Of a stretch of 64,000 bases of DNA, positions 53,289 through 64,000 are shown piece by piece (within the stretch, counting starts at the first letter, position 1; each line of letters begins with the position of its first letter). The DNA is from Ignavibacteriota bacterium (lineage in GTDB: Bacteria > Bacteroidota > Ignavibacteria > UBA10030 > CAVZMI01). Below the pieces are notes generated by a model that made no database searches, was not told the DNA's origin, and saw only the letters and a list, made by a program, of their open reading frames with translations. The position numbers and the translations under genes were made by a program. Location: assembly GCA_963776275.1 (NCBI GenBank), contig CAVZMI010000014.1:32001-96000 (forward strand), written 5' to 3'.

Positions 53289-54794
53289 TTGGAGCAGATA
53301 GTGCAGACGACGACGGGTAAACTTACTGTACGAGAAAAAATTGGTTACGGCTTTGGAGACGCAGCCGCTAACTTCGTGTTTCAAACGATGCTGATCTTTC
53401 AGCTGGGATTCTACACGGATGTCTTCGGCATTACTGCGGCGGCTGCAGGCACACTGCTGCTGGTAGGACGCTTTTGGGATGCAATTTTTGACCCGTTCAT
53501 GGGCGTTGTTGCAGATCGCACGAATACAAGATGGGGAAAATTCCGCCCATGGGTTCTGTGGTCGGCGATACCGTTTGCACTCATGTTCTTCTTAACCTTT
53601 ACAACTCCGAATTTCGGCGGGACGGGAAAACTTATTTATGCTTATGTCACCTATATTCTTCTGATGACGGTCTATTCCGTAAATAACCTGCCATACTCGG
53701 CCCTCAATGGCGTGATGACCGGCGACGTAAATGAACGCACCAGTCTCTCTTCCTATCGCTTCTTCTTTGCCATGACGGCGGCGTTGGTGGTGCAAGGTTT
53801 GACTTTGCCTATGGTCGCCAAGTTAGGACAAGGCGACAACGCTAAAGGCTGGTCGTTGACGATTGGGCTATTTGGGATTCTCAGTATCATATTCATCGTC
53901 ATCACTTTCTTGAGTGCCCGTGAACGCATTCACCCGGATCCGAAGCAGAAATCGTCGGCAAAGAAAGACTTCGCCGCCCTTATAAAAAACGTACCATGGA
54001 TCGCAATGTTTGTTTTGACCCTGTTCCTTTTCAGTACGCTCGCCTTGTGGGGCAGCGGCATGTTCTACTATTTTACTTACTTCGTGGACAAAAACCAATT
54101 GTTCAATTTCCTGCAATCATGGGGGTTGGTAACCTCCTCTACCGATGCGCTGGGCCAGTCGGGCTGGTGGCATAATCTTCTCAATACCTTCGGACTCATT
54201 GCGACAGAAAGCCGCACAAATGTCTCATCGGTAGGATTCAGCCTATTTAATATGTGTGGTATGCTGGCGAATATCATTGGTGTGCTATTCTCAAAAGCAT
54301 TAGCGGTTCGGTTCGGTAAAAAGAAAGTCTTTATCGTAGGTTTATCTCTAACGGCGCTCTTTACCGGACTTTTCTTTGCATTACCGGCGGAAGCAGTTGG
54401 GCTCACGTTTGTATTGAACATTCTTAAATCTCTGGCTTATGGCCCAACGATTCCGTTACTGTGGGCGATGATGGCCGATGTAGCCGATTATGCTGAATGG
54501 AAAACTATGCGCCGTGCCACCGGCGTTGTCTTCGCGGGTATTGTGTTTGCACTAAAAGCGGGGTTAGGACTCGGCGGTGCTATCTGCGGGTGGCTGCTCA
54601 CGGGGTACGGATATATCCCCAATGTCGCTCAAGCAGAAAATGCTCTATTCGGTATCCGCATGACGGCAAGCATCTACCCGTGTATCACGTTCTTCATTGG
54701 AGTTATTGCCTTATTATTCTACGGGATAGACAAGAAACTCAATCTTCAGATTCAAGACGAATTGGCTGAGCGCCGGAAACAATTCGCGTCTTGA
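53289..54794 (+). CDS. GPH-family (glycoside-pentoside-hexuronide) MFS symporter
   Basis: EKIGYGFGD, WDAIFDPFMG..ADRT.TRWGKFRPW, NLPYSAL, MMADVADY.EWK..RRATG. Confidence 0.93.
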   Translation: MEQIVQTTTGKLTVREKIGYGFGDAAANFVFQTMLIFQLGFYTDVFGITAAAAGTLLLVGRFWDAIFDPFMGVVADRTNTRWGKFRPWVLWSAIPFALMFFLTFTTPNFGGTGKLIYAYVTYILLMTVYSVNNLPYSALNGVMTGDVNERTSLSSYRFFFAMTAALVVQGLTLPMVAKLGQGDNAKGWSLTIGLFGILSIIFIVITFLSARERIHPDPKQKSSAKKDFAALIKNVPWIAMFVLTLFLFSTLALWGSGMFYYFTYFVDKNQLFNFLQSWGLVTSSTDALGQSGWWHNLLNTFGLIATESRTNVSSVGFSLFNMCGMLANIIGVLFSKALAVRFGKKKVFIVGLSLTALFTGLFFALPAEAVGLTFVLNILKSLAYGPTIPLLWAMMADVADYAEWKTMRRATGVVFAGIVFALKAGLGLGGAICGWLLTGYGYIPNVAQAENALFGIRMTASIYPCITFFIGVIALLFYGIDKKLNLQIQDELAERRKQFAS

Positions 54795-55047
54795 ATTTAA
54801 ATTGTCAGAGCTCTATGGTGTGTAACGCATGGAGACTTATGGCTTAATAATTGGCTTCTAAAAGGCAGAACCATTAACACCCTGCTGGTTTGGTTGCAGC
54901 AGGGGCAACAAACCGGCATTAGGTATAGTTGTGAAATTAGTGGAGAAATCGGCTGGAAATTAGAATAAATCGGGTACTATCACGAAGTCATCTACATGGT
55001 TGGTTTTGCGCGGGGTAAATTTAATAGCGATTTTTGGGACGACTGTA

Positions 55048-55076
55048 TTGACAGCAAGATAAAAAAAACGTACTAT
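55048..55076 (+). promoter_or_regulatory. Sigma-70-type promoter for second TonB receptor unit
   Basis: TTGACA-17nt-TACTAT. Confidence 0.6.
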
Positions 55077-55239
55077 TCATGTATCAGGCAATTTACAACA
55101 TCCGAGGCCCCAAAATTATTTTAATAGCGGTATTAAGCTATGAGTGTGCTGAACTCCTGAACAAAAATTGATGTCAAAAAAAGTTTGGATGACAAAATAT
55201 CATTAATAAAATATTGAGAAAACTCAAGAGGAGGGCAAA

Positions 55240-58200
55240 ATGTCTCTTGGATATACTTACAGAAGATTGTTGGGTGTATGTTTATTTTTGTCAATCTTCA
55301 TAGTCCAATCGTCGTTGGCACAAGGATCCGGGACAATCAAAGGTCAGGTGGTTGATCAAGCAACCGGTGACCCACTTCCGGGTGCAAATATTGTAGTCGT
55401 AAATACGAGCATTGGTTCTCCTGCTGATCTGGATGGAAACTACACTTTACGCTTAGTTCCGACAGGAAAATGTAAGGTGAAGGCGTCGTATATCGGCTAT
55501 GATCCGATCACTCGAGAGGTGACTGTTACCGAAAATGCAACGCTGCACGAAACCTTTCGCTTAACACCTCATGCAATAATGGGTATAGAGGTAGTAATTA
55601 CAGCGCAAGCAAGGGGTCAACAAGCTGCCATTAACCAGCAATTAACGGCAAATACTATTATGAATGTGGTCTCTGAAGAAAGAATCCAGGAATTGCCGGA
55701 CTTCAACGCGGCAGCGGCAATAAGTCGCCTGCCAGGTGTCTCGACTCTTCAGAGTTCAGGCGAAGCCAACAAAGTTGTGATCAGGGGATTAGCTCCTCAG
55801 TTCAACACGGTCTCTGTTGGTGGAATTAAACTCGCGTCTACAGGAAGCACTCAGATCGGTGCGACTTCACTGCCGGGCCTGACATCCGGTTCAATCAATC
55901 AGGACAGAAGCGTTGACCTTTCCATGATAACTCCCTATATGATCAAAACGATCCAGGTCTATAAATCGCTCACTCCTGATATGAACGCCAATGCTATCGG
56001 TGGTATTGTGAATATGGAACTGAGGGAAGCACCGTCGGAATTTCACGGTGACATCTTGTGGCAATCCGGCTATACACAGAAGAGCAATACATACGGGAAT
56101 TACAGAGCGGTGGCATCTGGAAGCGGTCGTTTCTTCGATGACGCTCTTGGTGTGTATCTTCTCGTAAACGCGGAACAGTACGACCGTAGTGCAGATAACA
56201 TGAATGCCGGATATACTCCGCCTACCAATAGCGCGATCGATTCAATAACCGGCTATAAACCTGTCCAGGTAACAAGTGTAACGCTACAGCGCCATATTGA
56301 AACAAGAAACCGTTACGGCGGTAACTTAATCCTTGACTACAAACTGCCTTCCGGCACCATTAAGTCTATCAATATGTTGAGCAGGTTGAACTCTGATTAT
56401 CAAGATTATCAAACGATCTTAGATTATTATTATGATCACAATATTAACTTCACATACAGGAAAGGGAATGCAAATACAGATATCGCAGTGAATACATTAG
56501 AATTTACAAACGATTTCGGATTTATGTCAGTCGTTTTGAAAGCCGCTAATACTTATTCCCAAAACAACAATCCTAGATCACCCTACTACCAATTCTTTCA
56601 AACAGGAGGAACCCCTCCTGATCAGGACAATACAGTTCCTGAAGACTTTGCACATAATGTAAAGTATAACGGTGATAGCGCGTCTTATTTGGCCAACGTA
56701 AATCTATTTAGTGCTAATTATAAGGAAAATGACCAGCTGTATAAGGGGGATTTCAAGATTCCTTTCAATGTACAGTCAAACGTATCAGGTTTCTTTAAAT
56801 TTGGCGGGGAGTATGACTACAATCTCCACACTAACGATCAGAATACGCCTTATATTACAATAAGCGGCCGTGCAGGTCTAACGTCACCTGATATTAATGG
56901 CAGAGTGATTGATGCTCTTTTTGCGCGTTACCCCCAATTACAAATGGGTAATTCCAACCGTTTCCCGGCATTTAATTTTACGAACACCGACTCGAAACTT
57001 TATTCGAGCTTCTTGGATGATCGATTCGGTCGGATGTTTTGGGTGGCCGACCCGAATTGGCTGAATTCGATAACTGATTTTTTATCGAATGACCCTGCAT
57101 TCGCCGCAACAAACAGTACCGGAGGATGGTTCGAAGGTGTTTATCAAAAACTCCCCAACGATTATAAATACATTGAGAAATATTATGCTGCATACTTGAT
57201 GGCAGAATTGGATTTAGGTCAGAACCTTATTATAGTCGGCGGCGCCCGTTATGAAGATGTTAAGTCATTATACGAAGCATACAATATGGTAGATCTCCGC
57301 AATCAACCTCCAAATCAACCATATTATCCGATTACAGCATATCCGCAGAATCATTACTTGCTGCCGATGGTACAAACAAAGTATAACCTGACTGAATGGA
57401 GCGACATACGTTATTCCTATAGTCAAACCCTTGCACGTCCCGATTATCATCAACTTTCACCTCATTATAATATCAATTCCGATTACACACAGCTCTATGC
57501 AGGAAATCCTGACCTTAAACCCGCACAAGCATATAACCACGACGTTGGAATTACATTTCACAGCAACGAATTAGGTCTTCTCTCTATTGGAGGCTTCTAC
57601 AAAACCATATCGCACTTTACGTATTACACTCAATACAAACTATATTCTGCTCCTGCTATAATTCCGCCAGGATATGATTCGGTCGGGACATACCCTCTCC
57701 TCGCGCAGCAAGGGGGCACAGTCTCAGGTAAAGCATTGTTAAACACTTACGTCAATAGTCCTTACAATGCTTATGTGAAGGGTGTCGAGGCAGATTTTCA
57801 AACGTCGTTCTGGTATTTACCATTTCCGTTAAATGGAGTTGTTCTCGGCATCAATTACACGCATATTTGGTCGTCTGCCACGTATCCCTACTTGTTAACT
57901 CGTAATGTTCCCGATCCTAATGACCCCAGACACATAAAGTCCATACCCAAATTAGTTGATAGTTCACGGGCTGGGCGTCTGATTTACCAGCCGAACAATA
58001 TATTGAACGCATATATAGGTTACGATTACCTGGGGTTTTCAGTTCGAGTGTCCTTCCTGTTCCAGGGGAATTCTGTTACGTATGTTGGAGGCGAACAGGA
58101 GCAAGACGGATTTAGTAAAGACTATTTTCGATTAGACGCTTCAGCGAGATATAAACTACCATGGTTTACGCAAGTACAACTTTTCTTAGACATAAATAAT

Positions 58201-58305
58201 ATCAACCAGCGGGCAAATATTTCAGCTCAGAAGACGATAGGCGGTTTTACGAATGAACAATTCTATGGTCTTACGGCAAACCTCGGCGTTAGATATACAT
58301 TATAA
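55240..58305 (+). CDS. TonB-dependent receptor
   Basis: Signal peptide; GTIKGQVVD..TGDPLPGANI; AQARGQQAAINQQ; IQELPD.NAA; VYKSLTPDM.ANAIGG.VN; GNPDLKP; C-terminal LGVRYTL. Confidence 0.93.
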   Translation: MSLGYTYRRLLGVCLFLSIFIVQSSLAQGSGTIKGQVVDQATGDPLPGANIVVVNTSIGSPADLDGNYTLRLVPTGKCKVKASYIGYDPITREVTVTENATLHETFRLTPHAIMGIEVVITAQARGQQAAINQQLTANTIMNVVSEERIQELPDFNAAAAISRLPGVSTLQSSGEANKVVIRGLAPQFNTVSVGGIKLASTGSTQIGATSLPGLTSGSINQDRSVDLSMITPYMIKTIQVYKSLTPDMNANAIGGIVNMELREAPSEFHGDILWQSGYTQKSNTYGNYRAVASGSGRFFDDALGVYLLVNAEQYDRSADNMNAGYTPPTNSAIDSITGYKPVQVTSVTLQRHIETRNRYGGNLILDYKLPSGTIKSINMLSRLNSDYQDYQTILDYYYDHNINFTYRKGNANTDIAVNTLEFTNDFGFMSVVLKAANTYSQNNNPRSPYYQFFQTGGTPPDQDNTVPEDFAHNVKYNGDSASYLANVNLFSANYKENDQLYKGDFKIPFNVQSNVSGFFKFGGEYDYNLHTNDQNTPYITISGRAGLTSPDINGRVIDALFARYPQLQMGNSNRFPAFNFTNTDSKLYSSFLDDRFGRMFWVADPNWLNSITDFLSNDPAFAATNSTGGWFEGVYQKLPNDYKYIEKYYAAYLMAELDLGQNLIIVGGARYEDVKSLYEAYNMVDLRNQPPNQPYYPITAYPQNHYLLPMVQTKYNLTEWSDIRYSYSQTLARPDYHQLSPHYNINSDYTQLYAGNPDLKPAQAYNHDVGITFHSNELGLLSIGGFYKTISHFTYYTQYKLYSAPAIIPPGYDSVGTYPLLAQQGGTVSGKALLNTYVNSPYNAYVKGVEADFQTSFWYLPFPLNGVVLGINYTHIWSSATYPYLLTRNVPDPNDPRHIKSIPKLVDSSRAGRLIYQPNNILNAYIGYDYLGFSVRVSFLFQGNSVTYVGGEQEQDGFSKDYFRLDASARYKLPWFTQVQLFLDINNINQRANISAQKTIGGFTNEQFYGLTANLGVRYTL

Positions 58306-58326
58306 TTAATAATAAGGAGATATTCT

Positions 58327-60090
58327 ATGAAGAACCGTATCTACATGTTACTGATTATAGCGGTTATTTTTTCGGTGCAAGTATATGCCCAGAATATTGT
58401 ACTTGTCCACAGTGACGTTTCCCCTAATGAAGGGGGACTTAATGTCGCTATCCAAGCCGCCATTGACGCGGGCACTCTATCCAATACTATATTCCAATTA
58501 GATCCCTGGGGCTATTACATCCTCAGCGGCACAGTGACTGTCCCACCTAATCAACACCTTACAATAGTGGCACCGGAACCGGGTTACACACAGGAAACGG
58601 CTCCGCCTCAAATATTTTTGAGTTCGCAAATAGCGAATTGGAGATATAACTTCGATATCTACGGAGATGTTACTATGAAAAACGTTTGGTTAATATATGC
58701 AAACACGGGCGGCGCGCAACAGAGTTGTAGTCTGGATATTGATGACGACACTCTTAGGCATACGAATACTGCTGAATTCGAGGGAGTAATTTTTGACTAT
58801 GCACCTATCAACGGATCTGTGGAGGTAAGATGTACGAATTTCACCGCAAAATTCACTAATTGTTATTGGCGGAACAACATCGATCCACACTACAGGTATT
58901 ATGGAAGATCTGTCTCTTACCCTTATCAAAGCACGACCTGGCATACCAATAAAATTTCATTTGTGAATTGTACGATGGCAAATATGGGATACGCTTATAT
59001 GGGATACAATCCTGGTGAAGATACCCCTGAAACTGCAGATACTGTATCGTTTAACCATTGCACGTTCTTTAATATGATGATGCATTCACTTGAGCCATCG
59101 TTTTGGGAATGGCTTTCTGTCACAAACTGCGTTTACGTGAATCCGTGGATGTATGGAGATATACCATCGGGACGGGGAGGAGTCACCGGAATTCCTCCTG
59201 GCGGTGCATTGTACATCGATAGCCTGAGCTTGGCAAAACCAGCAGCTTTTCCAGGAGGACTACGGATCACCGAAGCTGAGCGCCATATACTATTCATAAA
59301 TAACAGCTATTTCATAGAGCAGTGGATTAGAGATTACATGGATCATGGCAATGCATACAGTGATACTGCCAGTGAATTGTACAAACCGTTACCTACGCCT
59401 ATGCTAAATATAACTGCCCTTCGTTTCTTCGATTCGGTTGATGCGGGGACTGGATTGAAAGCATGGCCGTATATAAATAAGGCTAATCTATACGATGGAG
59501 ATGATCCGGGCTTTATTCTTGAACCGACTAACAAAGACGCTATTAAGGCCTTCTTGTTAGGCAGATGGGCAACCGGCGCTAATGTTGACTGGGCGTACGA
59601 TATTCAATCTGATTTGCAGGGATCATGGCCAATGAATGAAGACTTATCGTACACGAACAGTACATTACAGACTGCCGGGTTGGGTGGCTTCCCGTTGGGA
59701 GACCTCTACCACTGGTGGCCGACGCAGTATACTACGTGGAAAGCTCAGGAAGCGACGGAAAATCAAACAATTTCGAGCTTGCTTACTAATGGTCTTGTCG
59801 GCGTTAAAATGCAACCCGGAATTCCTGCAAAATATGAGCTTACTCAGAACTATCCGAATCCGTTCAACCCGACGACTCAGATCGACTACTCGGTTCCGCA
59901 AAGCGGCTACGTGTCGCTGAAAGTATATAATCTTCTTGGACAGGAAGTGACGACATTATTCAACGGCGTACTGCAACCCGGGAATTATACTGCTACTTTT
60001 AACGGCAAAGGACTTGCGAGCGGCGTTTACTTATACCGATTGCAGGCAGGGAGTGTCTCTATTACCAGGAAATTGGTACTTATGAAGTAA
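58327..60090 (+). CDS. Secreted T9SS cargo protein, probable beta-helix fold
   Basis: Signal peptide; repeated F.NC.. / F.HCTF.N motifs; GFPLGDL.WW; QNYPNPFNP tail. Confidence 0.75.
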   Translation: MKNRIYMLLIIAVIFSVQVYAQNIVLVHSDVSPNEGGLNVAIQAAIDAGTLSNTIFQLDPWGYYILSGTVTVPPNQHLTIVAPEPGYTQETAPPQIFLSSQIANWRYNFDIYGDVTMKNVWLIYANTGGAQQSCSLDIDDDTLRHTNTAEFEGVIFDYAPINGSVEVRCTNFTAKFTNCYWRNNIDPHYRYYGRSVSYPYQSTTWHTNKISFVNCTMANMGYAYMGYNPGEDTPETADTVSFNHCTFFNMMMHSLEPSFWEWLSVTNCVYVNPWMYGDIPSGRGGVTGIPPGGALYIDSLSLAKPAAFPGGLRITEAERHILFINNSYFIEQWIRDYMDHGNAYSDTASELYKPLPTPMLNITALRFFDSVDAGTGLKAWPYINKANLYDGDDPGFILEPTNKDAIKAFLLGRWATGANVDWAYDIQSDLQGSWPMNEDLSYTNSTLQTAGLGGFPLGDLYHWWPTQYTTWKAQEATENQTISSLLTNGLVGVKMQPGIPAKYELTQNYPNPFNPTTQIDYSVPQSGYVSLKVYNLLGQEVTTLFNGVLQPGNYTATFNGKGLASGVYLYRLQAGSVSITRKLVLMK

Positions 60091-60506
60091 TACTTATCCT
60101 CAAGTGTCTCCTGTCCTGGCTGAGAAGCCAGGGCAGCATGCACTTGTTGATGCAATGCCGGCTTTTTGGAAACGAAAAGGGCGGTTTTAGTTCAAAGCGG
60201 GATTTATTGTGCGGCGAGTGCGCCAGAGGCGCGCCAGCGGCGTCCGTAAACGCATCAGCCAAAGGGCTGAATTTATTTTTTACCCGGGAATAATAATGCT
60301 GTACTTTAGTTATGATAGTTCTTAAATTAGGTGGCGTTCCACTTTGTGGGAATCCTTAGCAACTTGGAATTGCAGCCTTTAAAATAATAGTTGCAGAAAT
60401 TATCAAGTGCGCGACTTTTCCCGAAGATCACAAAGAACTCCTTCGGAGGATATTTCGGATATTAATTAACAATTACTCCACTAATAGAAAAAACTTTGGA
60501 GGAAAC

Positions 60507-63500
60507 ATGAAAACTTTCGTACGTTTAATTACAGTCGGAGTACTCTTCGTCTTGCTGGGGGCAAGTACATTGACAGCACAGGGAGTGACGTACTCTACCG
60601 GTCCGGCAGTTCCCATAGCATTAGCCGGAGCTAACGGCGGCTTTTCGTGGGGAGACGTGAATGGAGATGGTTATCTGGATGCCCTTATCCGTCAAAATAA
60701 CTTGTTGATAAACCAGGTTACATCTTTCACTCCATTGACTAACACGGGTCTTCCAAGCGGACAAGACGGATGCGGTTTAGGTCTTGCCGATTTTAACGGC
60801 GATGGTTACCTTGACGCTTTTGGTATCGCGCAGAACACTTGGGTTCCGTGGTTATATATCGATAGCGTTGGAGTATCGTTTAAGGCAGCAACAGGGACTG
60901 GAGATCTTGTAACCGCTGGAGGCACTGGAGTTGCCAGTGGTTTCGGTGGAATGACAGTAGCTGACTATGACAGGGATAATAATCTGGATATGGCTTGGAC
61001 CGGTGCCCATGGGATTTGGCTCTTAAAAGGAAGTGCCAGTGGCGCTTTTACACATAAGGGCAATAGCTCTTCAGCTCCGGCAATAGATACATCCCTATCC
61101 TATGAATCGTGGGAAATGTCTTTCCTCGATGCAAATAATGATGGTTATTCCGATTTGTTAGCGGCAAGTTTCAGACAAGGATATCAGAAGTTTAATACTG
61201 GAACAGCAGCTTATAGAAAAGGATGCGTTTTCTTCGTGAACGATGGAAACGGTAAATTTTATGTTCCAACCGCGGCAAAACTTGGACGCACAATTTATGA
61301 ACTCGATTCTATCTCGGCTGGAGTAATTTATGCCGGTACGAAGGCCGATACTGGAATTATTGTAGACGATACAGTGCGCCACTTTGAAGCCATCGCACAT
61401 GCAGTGGGTGATTTTAACAATGATGGCATCATGGATTTGTATATCGCATCGAATAGTTCAAATAACCTGGATGCACGCGACACTGCAAGGTTTATTGTTC
61501 TCGTGTATGGAAAAGGAGATGGCACATTCACGTACAAATGGAATGGAACATCAACCGTTGCTAATAATGGATTAACTCAGAATGGAGGCTCACGGTCATT
61601 AAATGTGGGCGATTATAACAATGACGGAAATTTAGATGTAGTGGTAGGCTGCTTCGGAGCTGGTGTATACTCCCAATATCTCTATAGAAACAACGGCGAT
61701 GGAACATTCACCGACGTATCAACAGCTTCTGGCATAAACACTAGTGGCACAAGGAGCGTAGCCTTTGTTGAATATAATAACGACGGCTTCCTCGATATTT
61801 ATACCTATACCAATACCACTACTGTTTTAATGAAGAACAGCGGCAACTCTAACCATTGGATTGGCTTCAAACCCATAGGCACTGGCAATAACAAGTCGGC
61901 TGTTGGAGCAGTTCTCACGATTTATACAGGATTGAAGAAGCAAATCCGAGCCATCAGAGCAGACGCTGGCTCAGCAGCTTCAGGTGAAGGATTACGGGCC
62001 AACTTCGGTCTCGGAACAGCCACAGCTATTGATAGTTTAGTTGTACAGTGGCCCGATGGTGTAAGGCAGAAAGTCACCGGTATTCCTTCTGTGAACAGGT
62101 ACTGGACGGTAAAGGAGGGTGTGGATGTCCCGGCAGTTCCAGTGCTTGTTGGCCCGGCAAACGGTGTAGACGGTGTGCCGATCGATACCACCTTAAGCTG
62201 GAATACTGCAGTCGGCGCTGTCGCTTATCAGTGTCAGGTTTCACTTGATTCTACATTCGCGACGGGTATAAATGTTAACGATACGTTGACCGGCACGACC
62301 AAGCAGCTTACCGGACTCGGGAACAGCTCAACGTATTACTGGCGCGTCCGTTCAATTGGCACCATCACCAACGGATTCGTGAGCGCATACGCAACGCGTC
62401 ATTTCACGACAATTGCCCATATTCCGGATGTACCCGTGCTTGCTTTACCGGCGGATAACGCTTTGGATCTGGAGTATATGGTTACACTGACTAGTTACAA
62501 AACTAAGGGTGCAGCCCATTATCATTGGCAACTCTCTACCGCCCTGGCATTCTCTTCACTTGCAGTCAATGACTCAACAACAGATTCGGTAAGAGTTGTA
62601 GGACCATTGGCGTCCGGCACGAAGTATTATTGGAAGGTACGGGCCGTTAATCCCGGTGGCCCGAGTGAGTTTTCAGCCCCCGATTCCTTCACGGTCATGG
62701 CTGCTCCGGGTGCAACTACGCTTGCATACCCCACAAGCAACCAAAAAAGCGTGAGTGCAGATAACCTGAAACTGAAATGGCATCCGGCATCCATAGCTTC
62801 AGGTTACGAGTGCCAGATCTCACTGAGCAAGTCATTCTCCACGTTGGCCGTTGCCAGTGACTCGACGGCTGATACGACTTTCACAGCTACACTGGATCAT
62901 ATAACGAAATATTACTGGCGTGTACGCGGCTTCACTGTCGGTGGAAATGGCCCATTTACTGCGATAGATTCGTTTACCACGATTGTGCCAATTCCTGCCG
63001 CGCCAACGCTTGTTTCACCTCGTTCGGTAGTGAACGTGCCGAGAAATCCAACCATTATCTGGCATGCTTCAACATACGCGACACGATATCGTCTTCAGAT
63101 TGCGACAAACAGTTCGTTCATTGCAATAGTCTTAGACACCACGGTAGCAGACACGACAGTCTGGTTGAGGACCGATGCTGGATGCGAACAAGTTATACTA
63201 CTGGCAGGTCAGTGCAACAGATACGTTGGGGACAAGTGCGTACTCCACTCCGGCGCATTTCACGACGGGGACAACCAGTATCGATCAAGCTGCTGAAATT
63301 CCAAAAGAGTTCGCACTCTTGCAGAATTATCCGAACCCATTCAATCCTTCAACGACAATTGGCTATGATCTTCCGAAAAACGCTTATGTGAAGATCATTA
63401 TCTACGACATGCTTGGAAAAGTTGTAGCCAATTTAGTAGACGGGATGCAGGCCGCGAATAGATACACTATTGAATGGAATCCATCACATTTGAGCAGTGG

Positions 63501-63585
63501 AATCTATTTCTATCGAATTGAGGCTCGGAGTCAGGATGGATCAGCAAACTTTACTGCAGTGAAAAAACTTCTTTTCATGAAGTAA
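60507..63585 (+). CDS. FG-GAP/VCBS-repeat protein with ASPIC/UnbV domain, FN3-like repeats and T9SS CTD; frameshift near 63160-63175
   Basis: Repeats GD.N.DG..D; NHWI...GNNKSAVGA...FGLG...IDSL.V.WPDG; four P.L..P...W...YYW.V repeats. ORF 63175..63585 supplies YYWQV and the QNYPNPFNP tail. Confidence 0.85.
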
Positions 63586-63600
63586 TATTTTCCTAGTTAC

Positions 63601-63640
63601 GAGTGCGACTCACCTTGAAAGTGAGTCGCACTTGTTTTTG
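63601..63640 (+). terminator. Rho-independent terminator
   Basis: GAGTGCGACTCAC-CTTGAAA-GTGAGTCGCACTT followed by GTTTTT. Confidence 0.85.
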
Positions 63641-63797
63641 TATATGGTGTTGGTGAAATAAGGATATTTTATCCTCCCACTTTATAAGTCCATCGTATTT
63701 TCGATCGTTTTCTTGTCACTTGAGAAAAGGGTGAATTGGTGATATAAATTTTGGCGAGGAAGAATTATATATTTAGAAAAAGGAAGGATTCGTATTG

Positions 63798-64000
63798 ATG
63801 GAAAATAAATATTTTCCAAAAGTCGATAAAACAATTTCCTATGAAGGTAAAAAATCCAAAATCAAAATTGAAACTCCAAGTGTGAAGTTCTTCTCGGTTC
63901 TTTTTGTATTATTATCGTTGCTCCTTCCTGCGAACGCACAGATCAGAAGTACTGATGGCGTATCCGGCATTCCTCATTTAAGGACACAAGGCACTGCCAC
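63798..64000 (+). CDS. 5' end of a secreted protein, possibly GH35/DUF5597-type (truncated by window)
   Basis: Open frame MENKYF...FFSVLFVLLSLLLPANAQ...IPHLRTQGTA after AGGAAGGA. IPHL..QG.A resembles the start of GH35-like enzymes; only 67 codons are visible. Confidence 0.45.
   Translation, partial: MENKYFPKVDKTISYEGKKSKIKIETPSVKFFSVLFVLLSLLLPANAQIRSTDGVSGIPHLRTQGTA

Noticed and set aside
54880-54904. CCCTGCTG...CAGCAGGG hairpin as terminator
   Set aside because: No U-tract follows it; function unsupported.
1-64000. CRISPR array, tRNA, rRNA, prophage or defence genes
   Set aside because: I saw no regularly spaced short repeats or RNA-gene signatures; all long ORFs are otherwise explained.

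Overview
All-plus-strand carbohydrate-utilisation island from an FCB-group bacterium. T9SS sorting tails of the QNYPNPFNP type, AGGAG Shine-Dalgarno sites, TTGACA-type promoters and the absence of SusC/SusD pairs suggest Ignavibacteria, Calditrichota or KSB1 rather than Bacteroidia (inference). Layout: (1) a solute-binding protein, histidine kinase and sigma-54 response regulator; (2) a SusD-less uptake cassette (TonB receptor, CTD-type protein, lipoprotein, PorV-like barrel, IPT lipoprotein, tandem CBM9-like T9SS cargo) followed by an SSS symporter, GH94 and an SGNH-TPR protein; (3) an internally deleted IS3 element and a GH3-CBM6 gene; (4) a ~20 kb putative operon behind a LacI-type operator that interleaves glucuronoxylan enzymes (GH8 Rex, GH115, GH30, GH97, GH105/88, GH9, BNR_4 propeller) with a corrinoid methyl-transfer set (corrinoid protein, homocysteine methyltransferase, MetH reactivation domain, UroD/MtaA-family protein, MtaB) lacking any folate-binding module; (5) a second unit with the same operator (GH10, PfkB kinase, GH3, GH116-like, GPH transporter); (6) a second TonB receptor with T9SS cargo. 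The best candidate for a new system is recovery of the methyl group of 4-O-methyl-glucuronic acid, or of glycan-derived methanol, into methionine through a B12 relay encoded inside a xylan locus. Seven single-base frameshifts and one in-frame stop probably reflect sequencing error. All family calls come from motif recognition, not from database searches.
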